This document shows positions 1 through 10,456 of a stretch of 64,000 bases of DNA, in pieces. Location of the stretch: NCBI GenBank assembly GCA_965237525.1, contig CBDEFO010000004.1, positions 160,001-224,000 of the forward strand, read 5' to 3'. The notes below the pieces were generated by a model. That model made no database searches, was not told the origin of the DNA, and worked only from the letters and a program-made list of their open reading frames with translations. The DNA comes from Candidatus Latescibacterota bacterium. Lineage in GTDB: Bacteria > Latescibacterota > CBDEFO01. The first letter of the stretch is position 1; each line of letters opens with the position of its first letter. The position numbers and the translations under genes were made by a program.

Positions 1-759
1 GCGGGCCTGGCGATAAATTCAGGCGTAAGTGCAGTACCCATAGATTCTCCTTACGGCTACATCACAGCAGAGCAGGTAGAGGAGAAGATCAGACCAGACG
101 TTTATTATTATTCCAAAACTGGACTGATAGAGATAGAAAACACTATGAATTACCCTGGGGGCAGGGTCTTCCCCCAAGAGGAGGTAGAAAAGATACTAAA
201 GCTTGCCGAGAAAAGGTCTATCCCCCTGCATCTGGACGGAGCGAGGATATTCAACGCCGCTGTCGCGTCAAAAAGGGACGTTAAAGAGTTGGTGAGGGGG
301 TTTGACTCCGTCTCTTTTTGCATGTCGAAGGGCTTGGGAGCGCCGATAGGCTCTGTAGTCGCGGGCAGTAAGGATTTTATAGAAGAAGCAAGAAGAGTGA
401 GATATAGGTTGGGAGGTGGGATGAGACAGGTAGGGATTATGTGCGCTGCGGGGCTGTATTCACTGGAGAACAATGTCCAAAGGCTGGAGGAGGATCACAG
501 AAATGCCGGACTCCTTGCTGATGGGTTGATGCAGATAAAGGGCATAAGACTGGATCCGGAGAACGTTGAGACGAACATGGTCTATTTGGATCCATCGGGG
601 ACGGGGCTGTCTGCCGATGAGTTCATGCAAAGGTTAAAGGAAAAAGGAGTCTTGTCTTCGGGTGGCAGCAGACGGATTCGGATGGTGACTCATCTGGATG
701 TGGATTCTGATGACATAAAAACGACGTTGAAGATCGTTGAGGAGACGCTGTCTAATTAG
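1..759 (+). CDS. ltaE: low-specificity L-threonine aldolase (5' end outside window)
   Basis: Motifs IEIENT, HLDGARIFNA and SFCMSKGLGAPIGS (PLP lysine); frame is open from the window start. Confidence 0.9.
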   Translation, partial: AGLAINSGVSAVPIDSPYGYITAEQVEEKIRPDVYYYSKTGLIEIENTMNYPGGRVFPQEEVEKILKLAEKRSIPLHLDGARIFNAAVASKRDVKELVRGFDSVSFCMSKGLGAPIGSVVAGSKDFIEEARRVRYRLGGGMRQVGIMCAAGLYSLENNVQRLEEDHRNAGLLADGLMQIKGIRLDPENVETNMVYLDPSGTGLSADEFMQRLKEKGVLSSGGSRRIRMVTHLDVDSDDIKTTLKIVEETLSN

Positions 760-787
760 GGCATTGTCGCAAGGAGGCGCATATTTG

Positions 788-1984
788 ATGGATCCTGACT
801 CTATTAATTCATTTATCGATAAAGAAGCTGTCCTCTTGATCCTCAAGGATCTCGTTGCGATCAACAGCGTGAATCCAGATCTGGAAGGCGGGATGGAAAC
901 GGGCGAGGCGGAGATGGCTCGCTACGTAGCGGACTTTTTTGAGCGGCACGACGTCCCCTACGAAAGACAGGAGGTTATGGGCGGGCGACACAACGTTCTC
1001 GGAACAGTCGAAGGTGAGGATCAGGATCGGACTATACTGTTCGAGGCGCATATGGATACAGCGTCAGTTGCGGACATGACGATAGATCCGTTCAGTCCAG
1101 AGGAAAAGGACGGTCTGCTTTACGGGAGAGGTTCCTGCGACACCAAGGGATCTTTGGGGATGATGCTTCACGCTTTACTGGCAGTCAAAAAGATGCAGGG
1201 AAAACCGCCTACAAACGTTGTCGTGGCAGGCGTAGTGGACGAAGAACTTTATATGCGAGGAGCCATGCACCTGGGCGAATCTGGGTTTCGCGCCCAGGGC
1301 GCAGTCGTGGGAGAGCCGACAGAACTCAGGGTCATTCGGGCGCATAAGGGGGTTATGCGGTGGTGGATTGTCGTCAACGGGAAGGCGGCTCACAGTTCGA
1401 AACCGCACTTAGGAATCAATGCAATCACAAAGATGGCGGCTATTATACAAAATATCCAGGAGAGCATAGTCCCGACTTACGCAGAGATGGATCATTCCTT
1501 AACGGGCGGCCCCACACTGAACATCGGGAAGATCGAAGGCGGAATCCAGGTGAATTTCGTGCCCAACAGGTGTGCCATTTTCCTCGACCGCCGGGTGATA
1601 CCGGGAGAGGATCCACACGAGACTTTGAAACCCTTTGAGGAGCTTTTGGAGGATATGCGCCGAGACGATCCTGATCTGGATGTGACGATGGAGACGCCGC
1701 TATTTGCAGGAGCCGGGATGGAGACCTCGGAATCCGCACCGATTGTCAAGATCTCCCAGGATGCCTGTAAGGCGGTGACGGGCTACGACCGGGCCGAAGG
1801 TGTACCCTACGGAACAGATGCGGCGGCGCTGTCCAAGGCGGACATCCCCTGCGTCGTACTTGGGCCCGGCAGTATAGATCAGGCGCACGGAGCCGTGGAA
1901 TACATTGACATCGGGCACCTGGAAAAGGCGGTGGAGATCTACGCCAGGATTATGCTGGCAGCAGGAGCGTTGCCGAGGGAGTAA
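788..1984 (+). CDS. M20 family metallopeptidase / ArgE-DapE-type deacylase
   Basis: Zinc-site motifs EAHMDT, GRGSCDTKG, DEE, GEPT and AHGAVE; GGAGG RBS upstream. Confidence 0.88.
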   Translation: MDPDSINSFIDKEAVLLILKDLVAINSVNPDLEGGMETGEAEMARYVADFFERHDVPYERQEVMGGRHNVLGTVEGEDQDRTILFEAHMDTASVADMTIDPFSPEEKDGLLYGRGSCDTKGSLGMMLHALLAVKKMQGKPPTNVVVAGVVDEELYMRGAMHLGESGFRAQGAVVGEPTELRVIRAHKGVMRWWIVVNGKAAHSSKPHLGINAITKMAAIIQNIQESIVPTYAEMDHSLTGGPTLNIGKIEGGIQVNFVPNRCAIFLDRRVIPGEDPHETLKPFEELLEDMRRDDPDLDVTMETPLFAGAGMETSESAPIVKISQDACKAVTGYDRAEGVPYGTDAAALSKADIPCVVLGPGSIDQAHGAVEYIDIGHLEKAVEIYARIMLAAGALPRE

Positions 1985-2122
1985 GTGATCAACGCCGGCA
2001 GTTCTCCGGTTGATCCACGATAGATTCAATAGGGGATCGAGGATGGTTCCCATGATTTCCGTCCCCGCCACATTTAATTGGGGATCCTGCACCTCGGCTG
2101 TTAGAACATTACTGGAGGTTAT

Positions 2123-3022
2123 GTGGCCAAATGGGCTTGTGCGTTGAAGTTGAACGCGGATCGAAGCGTCGTTGAAGGAAGTGAGAAGGCACTCGGCGAT
2201 GCGATCCGGCGCGGGGCGGACCTGCGCATCTACACCGAATTTCTTCACAAAGAGCACGTCGACGTGGACTCAGACAGTGACGAACGTGTGCTTGAAGTAG
2301 CTGAATTCGGGGTCACATATCTACTTCAGGATTCCTGGGCGGCGGGAATCATGAGCCTGCGTCAGCCCATTGAACTGCCGGATGGCTTCGGACCACGCCC
2401 GTCGATGTCATTCTTTCTGTATAACCAGAATGGACAGCAGGCGATCGCTCGTCCATATCTCGACGGAGTTCCCGCAAAGGGTCAACTCGGCTCTTCGCCG
2501 CCTGACGCCTCACCGAACATGCCCAAATATTACACAGAGGACAGTTGGGATGAAGGGACCATTGCCCCGAGCAACAACTTCATTTATGACTTTGACGTCT
2601 ATCGCTTCTGCGTCTGTGGCTCTTGGCGTGAGGTATTCTCTCACGACGCCGATGGTGCTGTCAAATCTGGCTCTATCCAAGCTCTTGTCGAGGCATTTTC
2701 AGATGGGTATGAGGTGAAGGTGGGAGTCCGCGGCCTCTGTTCCGATCTGGCGAACGAACCGGCGGCCGCGGTAGATCACGAAGTGTTTGTTCAACTGGGA
2801 TCGTGTTACTACTACACGGATAAAGCATGCTTTATCGGCGGCTCCCATCCGGTCGTTCGCGTAAAACCCGGTAGTCCGTTGCGCTATGCAAGCCGCGGGT
2901 GGGACTTCGGCTGGTTACTGCTTCGCACGGATGGTTACGTGGCGTACAGGCGTTGTGATCCCTACAAGCTCACGTTTCGGGATGTTAAGGAGCGTCACGC
3001 GATCCGCTGGTTTGTCCGTTGA
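2123..3022 (+). CDS. hypothetical protein
   Basis: 299-aa ORF with GGAGG RBS; no motif recognised. Confidence 0.7.
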   Translation: MAKWACALKLNADRSVVEGSEKALGDAIRRGADLRIYTEFLHKEHVDVDSDSDERVLEVAEFGVTYLLQDSWAAGIMSLRQPIELPDGFGPRPSMSFFLYNQNGQQAIARPYLDGVPAKGQLGSSPPDASPNMPKYYTEDSWDEGTIAPSNNFIYDFDVYRFCVCGSWREVFSHDADGAVKSGSIQALVEAFSDGYEVKVGVRGLCSDLANEPAAAVDHEVFVQLGSCYYYTDKACFIGGSHPVVRVKPGSPLRYASRGWDFGWLLLRTDGYVAYRRCDPYKLTFRDVKERHAIRWFVR

Positions 3023-3045
3023 TGGGAAGTATTGAACTTCGGTAG

Positions 3046-3068
3046 CCCCCGATAGATTCAATCGGGGG
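3046..3068. repeat. 23-bp palindromic element CCCCCGATAGATTCAATCGGGGG flanked by TAG on both sides
   Basis: 8-bp stem and 7-nt loop; related copies near 2012-2038, 12309-12334, 17622-17647, 30839-30861, 42253-42275 and 42323-42346. Confidence 0.9.
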
Positions 3069-3131
3069 TAGACAGTGGACATTGCTGAGGAATCGACAGA
3101 CCATTGCAAAGAACGTGAAAGGACAATTCTT

Positions 3132-4409
3132 ATGGCAATGGATACACTTTCAACAGAGTTATTTGATGAAATAGCTAAAATCTCCTGTGTTAATTCTCAT
3201 TCACATATCATGCCTGAAAAAGAGAGATTGGCAGAAGCCCCAGATGCCCTTGCCTTCTTCAGACATGCCTACGCTCGATCCGATCTGGTCTCCGCGGGGA
3301 TGTCCGAAGGCCAGATCGGGACTGCGTTAACGCTGGGACTTCCGCTTGAAGAACGCTTTCAAATCTTCGAGCCGTACTGGAGATGGACGCGTCTGACGGG
3401 CTTTTCGCAGTGCATAATCGAAGGGTTCCGGGATCTGCTCGGATTTCCGGAGTTGACAAAGGAGACAGTTGAACCGATCTCAGAGGCACTATCCCAGTAT
3501 AGCAAACCGGGATTCTACCGCGATGTGCTGAAAAAGCGGTCGAATATCGAGATCTCGGTGCTGAACATGGGAGATCTAATCGAAGTCGATCCAGAACTGT
3601 TCCTGCCGCTTCCACGCTTGAACCGCTTCAGTATGCTCGGATCTGCCTCCCAAATTCAGGAAATCGAACGGGATTACGACTTAAGCATCACAAACCTGGA
3701 CGAACATATCGAGGCCATTCGAGGAGTGTGCCGTGGATGGAAAGAGGCAAAGGCTGCAGGTGTCAAGATGTCTCAATCCTACCATAGGCGTATGGACTTC
3801 AAACAGCGACAGAAAGAGGATGCGGCGAAGATCTTCGATGGGCTGATGAGAGGGAATTATGCTGGATTAGATTCAGAAGAAGGTGTTCTATTAGAGGACT
3901 ATCTCGTTTTCGAGTGCTGCCGCGCTGCCTCTGACGCCGATCTGACGATACAATTTCATCAAGGCATACGTGCCGGAAATTACGGAAGTATGGACGGTTG
4001 CAGTCCAGCTGCACTTGCCGAACTGATGCAGACATTTCGGGAAGCCCGCTTCGACCTTTCGCACTCAGGCTATCCTTATCTGCGCGAAGGCGCCGTATTA
4101 GGCAAGGCTTTCAGCAACGTCTATCTGAATATGTCTTGGATCCACATCATCTCCCCGATAGGTTCGCGGACAGATCTCAAGGAGTGGCTGCGCATGGTGC
4201 CTTATAACAAGATAATCGCCTACGGTGACGATCTCCAGTACGTCGAGACGGTCTATGGGCATATAAAGATGGCCCGTCAGAATTTCGCAATCGCGCTTGC
4301 CGAGATGATCGAGGAGGGGTTTATTTCAGAATCCATCGCACTTGACGTAGCACAGGCGGTCTTCCACGACAATCCAGCCAAGATTTATGGGCTGAAAAGT
4401 ATACAGTAG
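3132..4409 (+). CDS. amidohydrolase superfamily protein (uronate-isomerase-like TIM barrel)
   Basis: N-terminal NSHSH, IQFHQG, FDLSHSGYPY, KIIAYGDD and DNPAKIY. Confidence 0.8.
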   Translation: MAMDTLSTELFDEIAKISCVNSHSHIMPEKERLAEAPDALAFFRHAYARSDLVSAGMSEGQIGTALTLGLPLEERFQIFEPYWRWTRLTGFSQCIIEGFRDLLGFPELTKETVEPISEALSQYSKPGFYRDVLKKRSNIEISVLNMGDLIEVDPELFLPLPRLNRFSMLGSASQIQEIERDYDLSITNLDEHIEAIRGVCRGWKEAKAAGVKMSQSYHRRMDFKQRQKEDAAKIFDGLMRGNYAGLDSEEGVLLEDYLVFECCRAASDADLTIQFHQGIRAGNYGSMDGCSPAALAELMQTFREARFDLSHSGYPYLREGAVLGKAFSNVYLNMSWIHIISPIGSRTDLKEWLRMVPYNKIIAYGDDLQYVETVYGHIKMARQNFAIALAEMIEEGFISESIALDVAQAVFHDNPAKIYGLKSIQ

Positions 4410-4412
4410 GGC

Positions 4413-4471
4413 GTAGGCTAAGGCTAAGGGAAAGGCAAGTGGACAGTTCCGTTGCCTTAGCCTGTCTACTT
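4413..4471. terminator. inverted repeat between convergent genes (AGGCTAAGGC / GCCTTAGCCT)
   Basis: Hairpin made of short repeats between two convergent stop codons. Confidence 0.4.
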
Positions 4472-5552
4472 GTTTGTTGCCTCGCCCATCAGCTTTGAAC
4501 GGAGTTCATAAACATCCAAGCGCTTCTCTGTCCGCGCCGATTCGTTGCAGGCCTCCATCAATATCCATGTGTTCAGCGTGCTGTTCTGCAGCCAATCGCG
4601 GTCAGTTCCATCTTCAATAGCTTTTGCAAAGGCGTCAAACTGCAGGCGGTCATCCTCGATAAGACCTGGATGGAGGTCCTGCAGTGTGAGATCCTCCACG
4701 CATTCCCCCTTGCGATAGAGCTGGAGATTGCCCCCGTTCCGTATCAGATCCCCCTCCTCACCGTGCATCGTACATGAGCCGCTCCAACTGTAGGGACCGG
4801 CGTGAGCAGCCCGTGTCCCGCAGTAGGTCACAATAGCACCGTTGTCGTATTCAAAAAGTGTGTTGCCACCTGCTGTGCCCTCTATGCCAGTTTGAGCTAT
4901 CTCGGTATCCTGGCGGAGATGATAGCGCGCAGTGACATAGCGCGGCAGACCTGTAGCCGCGACGAGCTGGTCTAACTGGTGACTGGAACCGGAGTGGAAG
5001 AAGAGACCCGGAACGTAAGCGTCGGGCTGTTTCGACTCGGGTCCCGTCCAGAGGTTCTGGCGTATCCAGAAGCGAACCTCACCTGCGATGAGCCGCCCGA
5101 TGCCTCCGGGTTCCTTAAGCCACTTTCGCATTTTAGCCGCCGCCGGATTCCACCGAATATTCTGCCTCTGGACCAACATCAGATCGGAATGCATCCTGTG
5201 AGCTTCGATGATCGAGCGAAATTCATCCTGATTACAGGCGATAGGCTTAACGCAGAGCGTATGCATCCCGGAGCTCAGGCTCTCAACAATAAGCTCGGCG
5301 TGGGAGGTCGTAGAGGCGTATACTAAGCACACCTCCGCTGGATGCTCTTTGCAGGCCTCTGAAATACTGGTGTAGAGCCGGTCTTCAAGCCCTGGAGGGA
5401 CATTTCCCTCAAGCTTCTTGATCCCTTTCTTTGGACGCCTCTGTATTGATGTCCACTAACGCCACAGGCTCCAGACCTTTGGAGTTGATCAGCGCTTGAA
5501 GGCGCCCGAATGCAAAGTGCGTGCATCCAACATGAATGGTGGGGAGTGGCAT
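4466..5552 (-). pseudogene. Gfo/Idh/MocA oxidoreductase, frameshifted (possible sequencing error)
   Basis: ATG at 5552 with AGGAGG RBS gives MPLPTIHVG..PVALVDIN; frame breaks near 5330-5420; HTLCVKP and NIRWNP lie in ORF 4466-5332. Confidence 0.7.
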
Positions 5553-5784
5553 ACTTTACCCTCCTGAAATTAAGTGAAAGATGTTGCATCCTTTATAGCC
5601 CCGTGAAGACTCCAGATACAAGACAATCTAGCTAAACCCCAGGGGTAACTCAAGGGTTTTCATCGGCAATTCACCCTTGACAACGGTCAGTTGATCGGAG
5701 TCTGGGGAAAAGGCTTATGGAGCATCGCCTAAGAAGATATCTTAAATCTCAAAAAGCCCCGTTACCGAGCAACAGGTTTTTGTC

Positions 5785-5813
5785 TTGACTTTCTTGTGTC
5801 TTTTTTGTATTAT
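5785..5813 (+). promoter_or_regulatory. sigma70-like promoter
   Basis: TTGACT-17 bp-TATTAT upstream of the M23 peptidase operon. Confidence 0.6.
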
Positions 5814-5963
5814 CTTTATAAGAGTTGTAACCGTAAGTTTTGGTTGCGTAAAAACTTGTGGGTATAGCCGGGACATGCGTTTTGCGATATGAGCAAAACC
5901 GGATAGTAGATCAGGGTTTGCTCATATCTATGCTTATCTTTGTTAATAGGGAGGGATTCAAAG

Positions 5964-7337
5964 ATGGCAGATGAACTGTTGCGGGGCGGCAGCAGGCAGG
6001 CGTCGGTATATACATATGGATTCTTTATCCTAATCATTATAGTCGTTTTCTCCTTTATAGCGTTCAAAGGAAAAAACGACAATGTAGAGGAGCTAGGTGA
6101 AAGGTCAGAACGACCTGCTGAAGAGCAGGAGACTCTCTACGTATCTTTCTCCGATACATTGAACAAGGGAGAATCTATCTATCTTTCACTTAAGAGAGGA
6201 GGGGTATCCGACAGGGCTACCCTGGAGTTGACAAACTCCCTGCAGAGCGTGATGAACCTAAAAAGATCTCTCCTTGGGGACAGCTACTTTGTGAACTTAG
6301 ACTCGACGGGCGCGATCGAAAGGTTTGAATATACGCCGGGAATAGAGGAGACCATTATCGCGGAGAGGCTCGAAGGCAAGTTGATCTCGCGCAAGGAGCA
6401 TATGCCCCTGGATAGAAGCATAAGGGCAACAGGGGGCATGATAGAGGATAATCTCTACAGTGCGATAGTTGACCTTGAAGGTCGTAAAGCCGGGATCTTG
6501 GTCGAAAGGTTAGCAGAAGAGATATTCGGATGGGACATAGATTTTTCGTCCGACCCCAGGCCCGGTGACAGATTCGGGATGGTGTTCGAGGAATACTTCA
6601 GGGACGGACAGTTTATAAGATATGGGATTATATTATCCGCCGAGTATCGAAGCAGGAAAAAGATCCACAGGGCTGTCTATTACGAAGACCCACAGGGAAA
6701 TAGAGGATATTACAATCCGGACGGTTCAGCCAAAAGGAAGATGTTTCTCAAACTGCCCTTAGAGTACTTCAAGAGGGTCAGTTCGGGATACACTCACAGG
6801 AGATTCCATCCCATCTTAAAGAGGTATCTTCCCCACTTCGGGATAGACTACGCCGCTTCTGTGGGAACACCTATAAGAGCAACAGCTGACGGAGTAATCA
6901 GCTACAAGGGCTGGAAAGGTCCCAACGGGAGGCTGATCAAGATCAAACACAAAAGAGGCTACGAGTCGTCCTACGGTCATATATACCGTTATCATAAGGG
7001 AATCAAAAAAGGCAAAAAAGTCAAGCAGGGACAGGTCATAGGTTATGTGGGTTCTTCGGGCAGGTCCACAGGTCCCCATCTGGACTATCGGCTCAAAAAG
7101 AACGGAGAGTTCATAAATCCCCAAAAGGAAAACATCCTCACAGCAGATCCTGTTGGGAAAGAATACGTAAGTAATTTCCTAGCGGTCAAAGATGAGATGA
7201 TAGGCAAGCTGGACGAAGTCTGGGAGGAGAAGGAACAGATTGCGCAAGTTGCTCAAAAGGATTCGACCGACGAAGCACTGGCAATCCAAAAAGATGGAAA
7301 ACCTTCTCTCTTTCGCATAATCTACAACCTTTTTTGA
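5964..7337 (+). CDS. M23 family peptidoglycan DD-endopeptidase (MepM-like)
   Basis: N-terminal TM helix, RFHPIL, HFGIDYAA and IGYVGSSGRSTGPHLDY. Confidence 0.9.
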   Translation: MADELLRGGSRQASVYTYGFFILIIIVVFSFIAFKGKNDNVEELGERSERPAEEQETLYVSFSDTLNKGESIYLSLKRGGVSDRATLELTNSLQSVMNLKRSLLGDSYFVNLDSTGAIERFEYTPGIEETIIAERLEGKLISRKEHMPLDRSIRATGGMIEDNLYSAIVDLEGRKAGILVERLAEEIFGWDIDFSSDPRPGDRFGMVFEEYFRDGQFIRYGIILSAEYRSRKKIHRAVYYEDPQGNRGYYNPDGSAKRKMFLKLPLEYFKRVSSGYTHRRFHPILKRYLPHFGIDYAASVGTPIRATADGVISYKGWKGPNGRLIKIKHKRGYESSYGHIYRYHKGIKKGKKVKQGQVIGYVGSSGRSTGPHLDYRLKKNGEFINPQKENILTADPVGKEYVSNFLAVKDEMIGKLDEVWEEKEQIAQVAQKDSTDEALAIQKDGKPSLFRIIYNLF

Positions 7338-7370
7338 AGTTTTCGGTAAACTCAGAAGGCCGGAGCTACT

Positions 7371-7754
7371 ATGGACTCAAACGAAGAGTTTGTAGAGAAA
7401 ATCGAAAAAGTAGCCAAGAAGCTCAATAAATATAAAAAAGAAGCCTATTTTTTCCTCTTTGCTGCCCTTGATCACACGGTCAATACGGTTGGCGAAAAGC
7501 GGCACGTCACAGGAGAGGAGCTTTCAAAGGGGATAAGCCAGTACGGCTTGATGCAGTATGGCCCTATGACCAAATCGGTCTTTGAGCACTGGGGGATTAC
7601 CAGAACAGAGGACTTCGGGGAGATGGTCTTTGCGCTTGTGGATTCCCAGTTGATGGGCAAGACGCAAGAGGACAGTATAGAGGACTTCAAGGATGTCTAC
7701 GATTTCGACGAGGAGCTCGATTGGAAGAAAAGAAAGAAGGGGTTCACTGGATGA
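7371..7754 (+). CDS. Minf_1886-like conserved protein
   Basis: Pattern AYFF..AL, RHVTGEEL, WGITRTEDFGEMVF, DSIEDF. Confidence 0.75.
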   Translation: MDSNEEFVEKIEKVAKKLNKYKKEAYFFLFAALDHTVNTVGEKRHVTGEELSKGISQYGLMQYGPMTKSVFEHWGITRTEDFGEMVFALVDSQLMGKTQEDSIEDFKDVYDFDEELDWKKRKKGFTG

Positions 7755-8920
7755 AAATAGCCTATTTGGACTGCTTTTCCGGTATAAGTGGGGATATGAT
7801 ATTAGGGGCTATGGTGGACACGGGACTTAAGATAGATGAACTATCTGATGAACTTTCAAAACTAAAAATAACGGGCTTCAGCCTGGAGAGCAAAAGGGTC
7901 GTAAGGGGACCGATAGCTGCGACTAAGCTGAACGTCATAGCAGAAGATACGAATCTTCACCGTCATCTACCCGATATAGTACATATTATAGATAGGAGTT
8001 CCATATCTCCTACCGCCAAGCAGAGGGCTCGGAAGATCTTTGAAAGACTGGCTGAGGCTGAGGCTAAGGTTCACGGAACTACTCCTGACAAGATTCACTT
8101 CCACGAGGTGGGGGGGCTGGACGCTATTGTGGATATTGTAGGGACTGCGGTGGGTCTGGAGCTTATGGGAATTGAGAAAATCTATTCTTCAGCTCTCAGA
8201 TTCGGATCAGGGTTTGCAGAATCGGCTCACGGAGTAATCCCCATCCCTGCGCCTGCTGTACTGGAACTATGTAAGGGGGTTCCTTCAGAGAGAACTGATG
8301 TAAAGGCGGAGTTGGTTACACCTACAGGAGCGGCGATTCTGACCTCCCTTTCTTCAGGCTTCGGGACGTCTCCCAAGTTCAGAACCGAGTCAATCGGATA
8401 CGGCGCAGGAGGAAGAGACCTCCAAGAGATGCCGAACGTGTTGAGGCTTCAGATAGGCCAGACAGTTGGTGAGTTCCAGCAGGACTATTCAATTGTAGTG
8501 GAAACAAATATAGATGATATGACTTCAGAGATATACGGCTACATACTCGACAGGATGATAGAATCGGGCGCAAAGGATGCCTATCTTTCTCCTGTGGTTA
8601 TGAAAAAGGGCCGCCCGGGGATAGTTTTGAGCGTCCTTTGTGATGACGATCACAAAGATTCGATAATTGAGACTATCCTGAACGAAACCACGACTATCGG
8701 GGTGAGAACATACAGAGTCGATAGGGTGATGTTAGAAAGGGAGTCGGGGTCCCTGGATACGGCTTTGGGACCTGTCAAGGTCAAGATCGCCCACCTGAAC
8801 GGATCCAGAAGGATCACTCCTGAGTTCGACGACTGTGCGCGTATAGCAAGAGAAAGAGAAATCCCAATACTTGAGGTCTATGCTGCTGTGCAGAAAGCAA
8901 CAGGAAACAAGCATAAGTAG
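7751..8920 (+). CDS. larC: nickel pincer cofactor biosynthesis protein LarC
   Basis: YLDCFSGISGDM, HFHEVG, ELVTPTGAA, ETNIDD, MKKGRPG and ETTTIGVR. Confidence 0.92.
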   Translation: MKIAYLDCFSGISGDMILGAMVDTGLKIDELSDELSKLKITGFSLESKRVVRGPIAATKLNVIAEDTNLHRHLPDIVHIIDRSSISPTAKQRARKIFERLAEAEAKVHGTTPDKIHFHEVGGLDAIVDIVGTAVGLELMGIEKIYSSALRFGSGFAESAHGVIPIPAPAVLELCKGVPSERTDVKAELVTPTGAAILTSLSSGFGTSPKFRTESIGYGAGGRDLQEMPNVLRLQIGQTVGEFQQDYSIVVETNIDDMTSEIYGYILDRMIESGAKDAYLSPVVMKKGRPGIVLSVLCDDDHKDSIIETILNETTTIGVRTYRVDRVMLERESGSLDTALGPVKVKIAHLNGSRRITPEFDDCARIAREREIPILEVYAAVQKATGNKHK

Positions 8921-8978
8921 ACAGCAAACAGTAACAGCATATAGGGTGGAGAGCTGGTGTCCCTGTCTACTGTCTACT
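8916..8978. repeat. inverted AGTAGAC / GTCTACT short-repeat cluster
   Basis: AGTAGACAG at 8916 and CTGTCTACTGTCTACT at 8963-8978; same motif near 3068, 4463, 42241 and 42381. Confidence 0.6.
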
Positions 8979-8997
8979 CTTCTAAGAGGTGTCGCAA

Positions 8998-9879
8998 ATG
9001 GAAACAGGAACGTTAAAACTGAAAGTGGGCTTGGCGGAGATGTTGAAGGGCGGTGTGATAATGGATGTGACTAATGCTGAACAGGCAAAAATAGCCGAGG
9101 ACGCTGGGGCTGTATCTGTTATGGCACTGGAAAGGGTACCCGCCGACATCAGATCAGAAGGCGGAGTCGCAAGGATGGCAAATATCAGCAAAATCAGGGA
9201 GATTATGGACATTGTCTCTATCCCTGTGATGGCTAAGGTCAGAATAGGTCACTTTGTGGAGGCGCAGATATTAGAGGCGCTGGGAGTTGACTTCATAGAC
9301 GAAAGCGAAGTCTTAACTCCCGCCGATGAGAACTTTCACGTAGATAAGTTCGCCTTCAATGTACCCTTCGTCTGCGGGGCAAGGGACCTGGGAGAGGCGC
9401 TGAGGAGAATCGGTGAAGGAGCAGCGCTGATACGGACCAAGGGGGAAGCAGGTTCAGGAAACATCGTGGAAGCCGTCCGCCATATGCGCAAGGTTATGGG
9501 ACATATCTCCAAACTAACTTCTATGAGGACAGACGAGTTGATGACAGAGTCAAAGGAGTTGGGAGCACCTTACTCTCTGGTCAAGATGGTAGCGGAAACA
9601 GGCAAGCTCCTCGTTCCCAACTTCGCGGCGGGCGGAGTCGCCACTCCCGCCGACGCTTCCCTTATGATGCAGTTAGGAGCAGAATCCGTCTTTGTGGGAT
9701 CAGGGGTATTCAAGTCCGAAGATCCCCCGCTGAGAGCAAAGGCCATAGTGGAAGCAGTAACCCACTACGACGATCCTGAAGTCTTAGTTAGAATCTCCGA
9801 ATATTTAGGAGAGGCTATGGTCGGGATAGAGATGTCTAGTCTATCAGAGGAGGAACTGTTCCAAAGCAGAGGGGTCTGA
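8998..9879 (+). CDS. pdxS: pyridoxal 5'-phosphate synthase lyase subunit
   Basis: [32 protein letters not shown] and [11 protein letters not shown]. Confidence 0.97.
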   Translation: METGTLKLKVGLAEMLKGGVIMDVTNAEQAKIAEDAGAVSVMALERVPADIRSEGGVARMANISKIREIMDIVSIPVMAKVRIGHFVEAQILEALGVDFIDESEVLTPADENFHVDKFAFNVPFVCGARDLGEALRRIGEGAALIRTKGEAGSGNIVEAVRHMRKVMGHISKLTSMRTDELMTESKELGAPYSLVKMVAETGKLLVPNFAAGGVATPADASLMMQLGAESVFVGSGVFKSEDPPLRAKAIVEAVTHYDDPEVLVRISEYLGEAMVGIEMSSLSEEELFQSRGV

Positions 9880-9881
9880 AG

Positions 9882-10445
9882 ATGATAGGAATTCTGGGGC
9901 TTCAGGGGGATTTTGACGCTCACAAAGGGACGTTGACGCGGCTCGGGGAAGATTCCTGTATAGTTAAGAGACCCCAGGGCTTGTCAAAAGTCGAAGGACT
10001 TATCATCCCCGGCGGAGAAAGCACAACCCTCTTAAAGCTTATGGAGGAGTATGCGTTTGTCCCCGCACTCCGAGACTTCCACAGTGGAGGAAAACCTATC
10101 TTTGGAACCTGCGCAGGACTGATATTGGTAGCAACGGAGGTTTTAAATCCCTCTCAATTCTCTTTGGGCTTTATAGACGTAAAAGTTGAGAGAAATGCCT
10201 ATGGCCGTCAGAGGGAAAGCTTTAGAAGCACGGGGAAGGTGAATCTTTCCTCTGAGTCTCAGGAGATAGACATGGTCTTCATCCGCGCTCCCAGGATAAT
10301 CAGTCTGGGCGATGGTGCCGAGTCCATAGGGACGCTCGGCTGCGAGTGCGTTATGGCAAGGCAGAAAAATGTCCTGGTATCGTCGTTTCATCCTGAACTT
10401 ACAGATGATACGAGGGTACATAGATACTTCTTGGACATGATCTAG
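9882..10445 (+). CDS. pdxT: pyridoxal 5'-phosphate synthase glutaminase subunit
   Basis: GLQGDF, PGGESTT, GTCAG, RNAYGRQ and FHPEL; directly follows pdxS. Confidence 0.96.
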   Translation: MIGILGLQGDFDAHKGTLTRLGEDSCIVKRPQGLSKVEGLIIPGGESTTLLKLMEEYAFVPALRDFHSGGKPIFGTCAGLILVATEVLNPSQFSLGFIDVKVERNAYGRQRESFRSTGKVNLSSESQEIDMVFIRAPRIISLGDGAESIGTLGCECVMARQKNVLVSSFHPELTDDTRVHRYFLDMI

Positions 10446-10456
10446 GTTCAAGTTTT

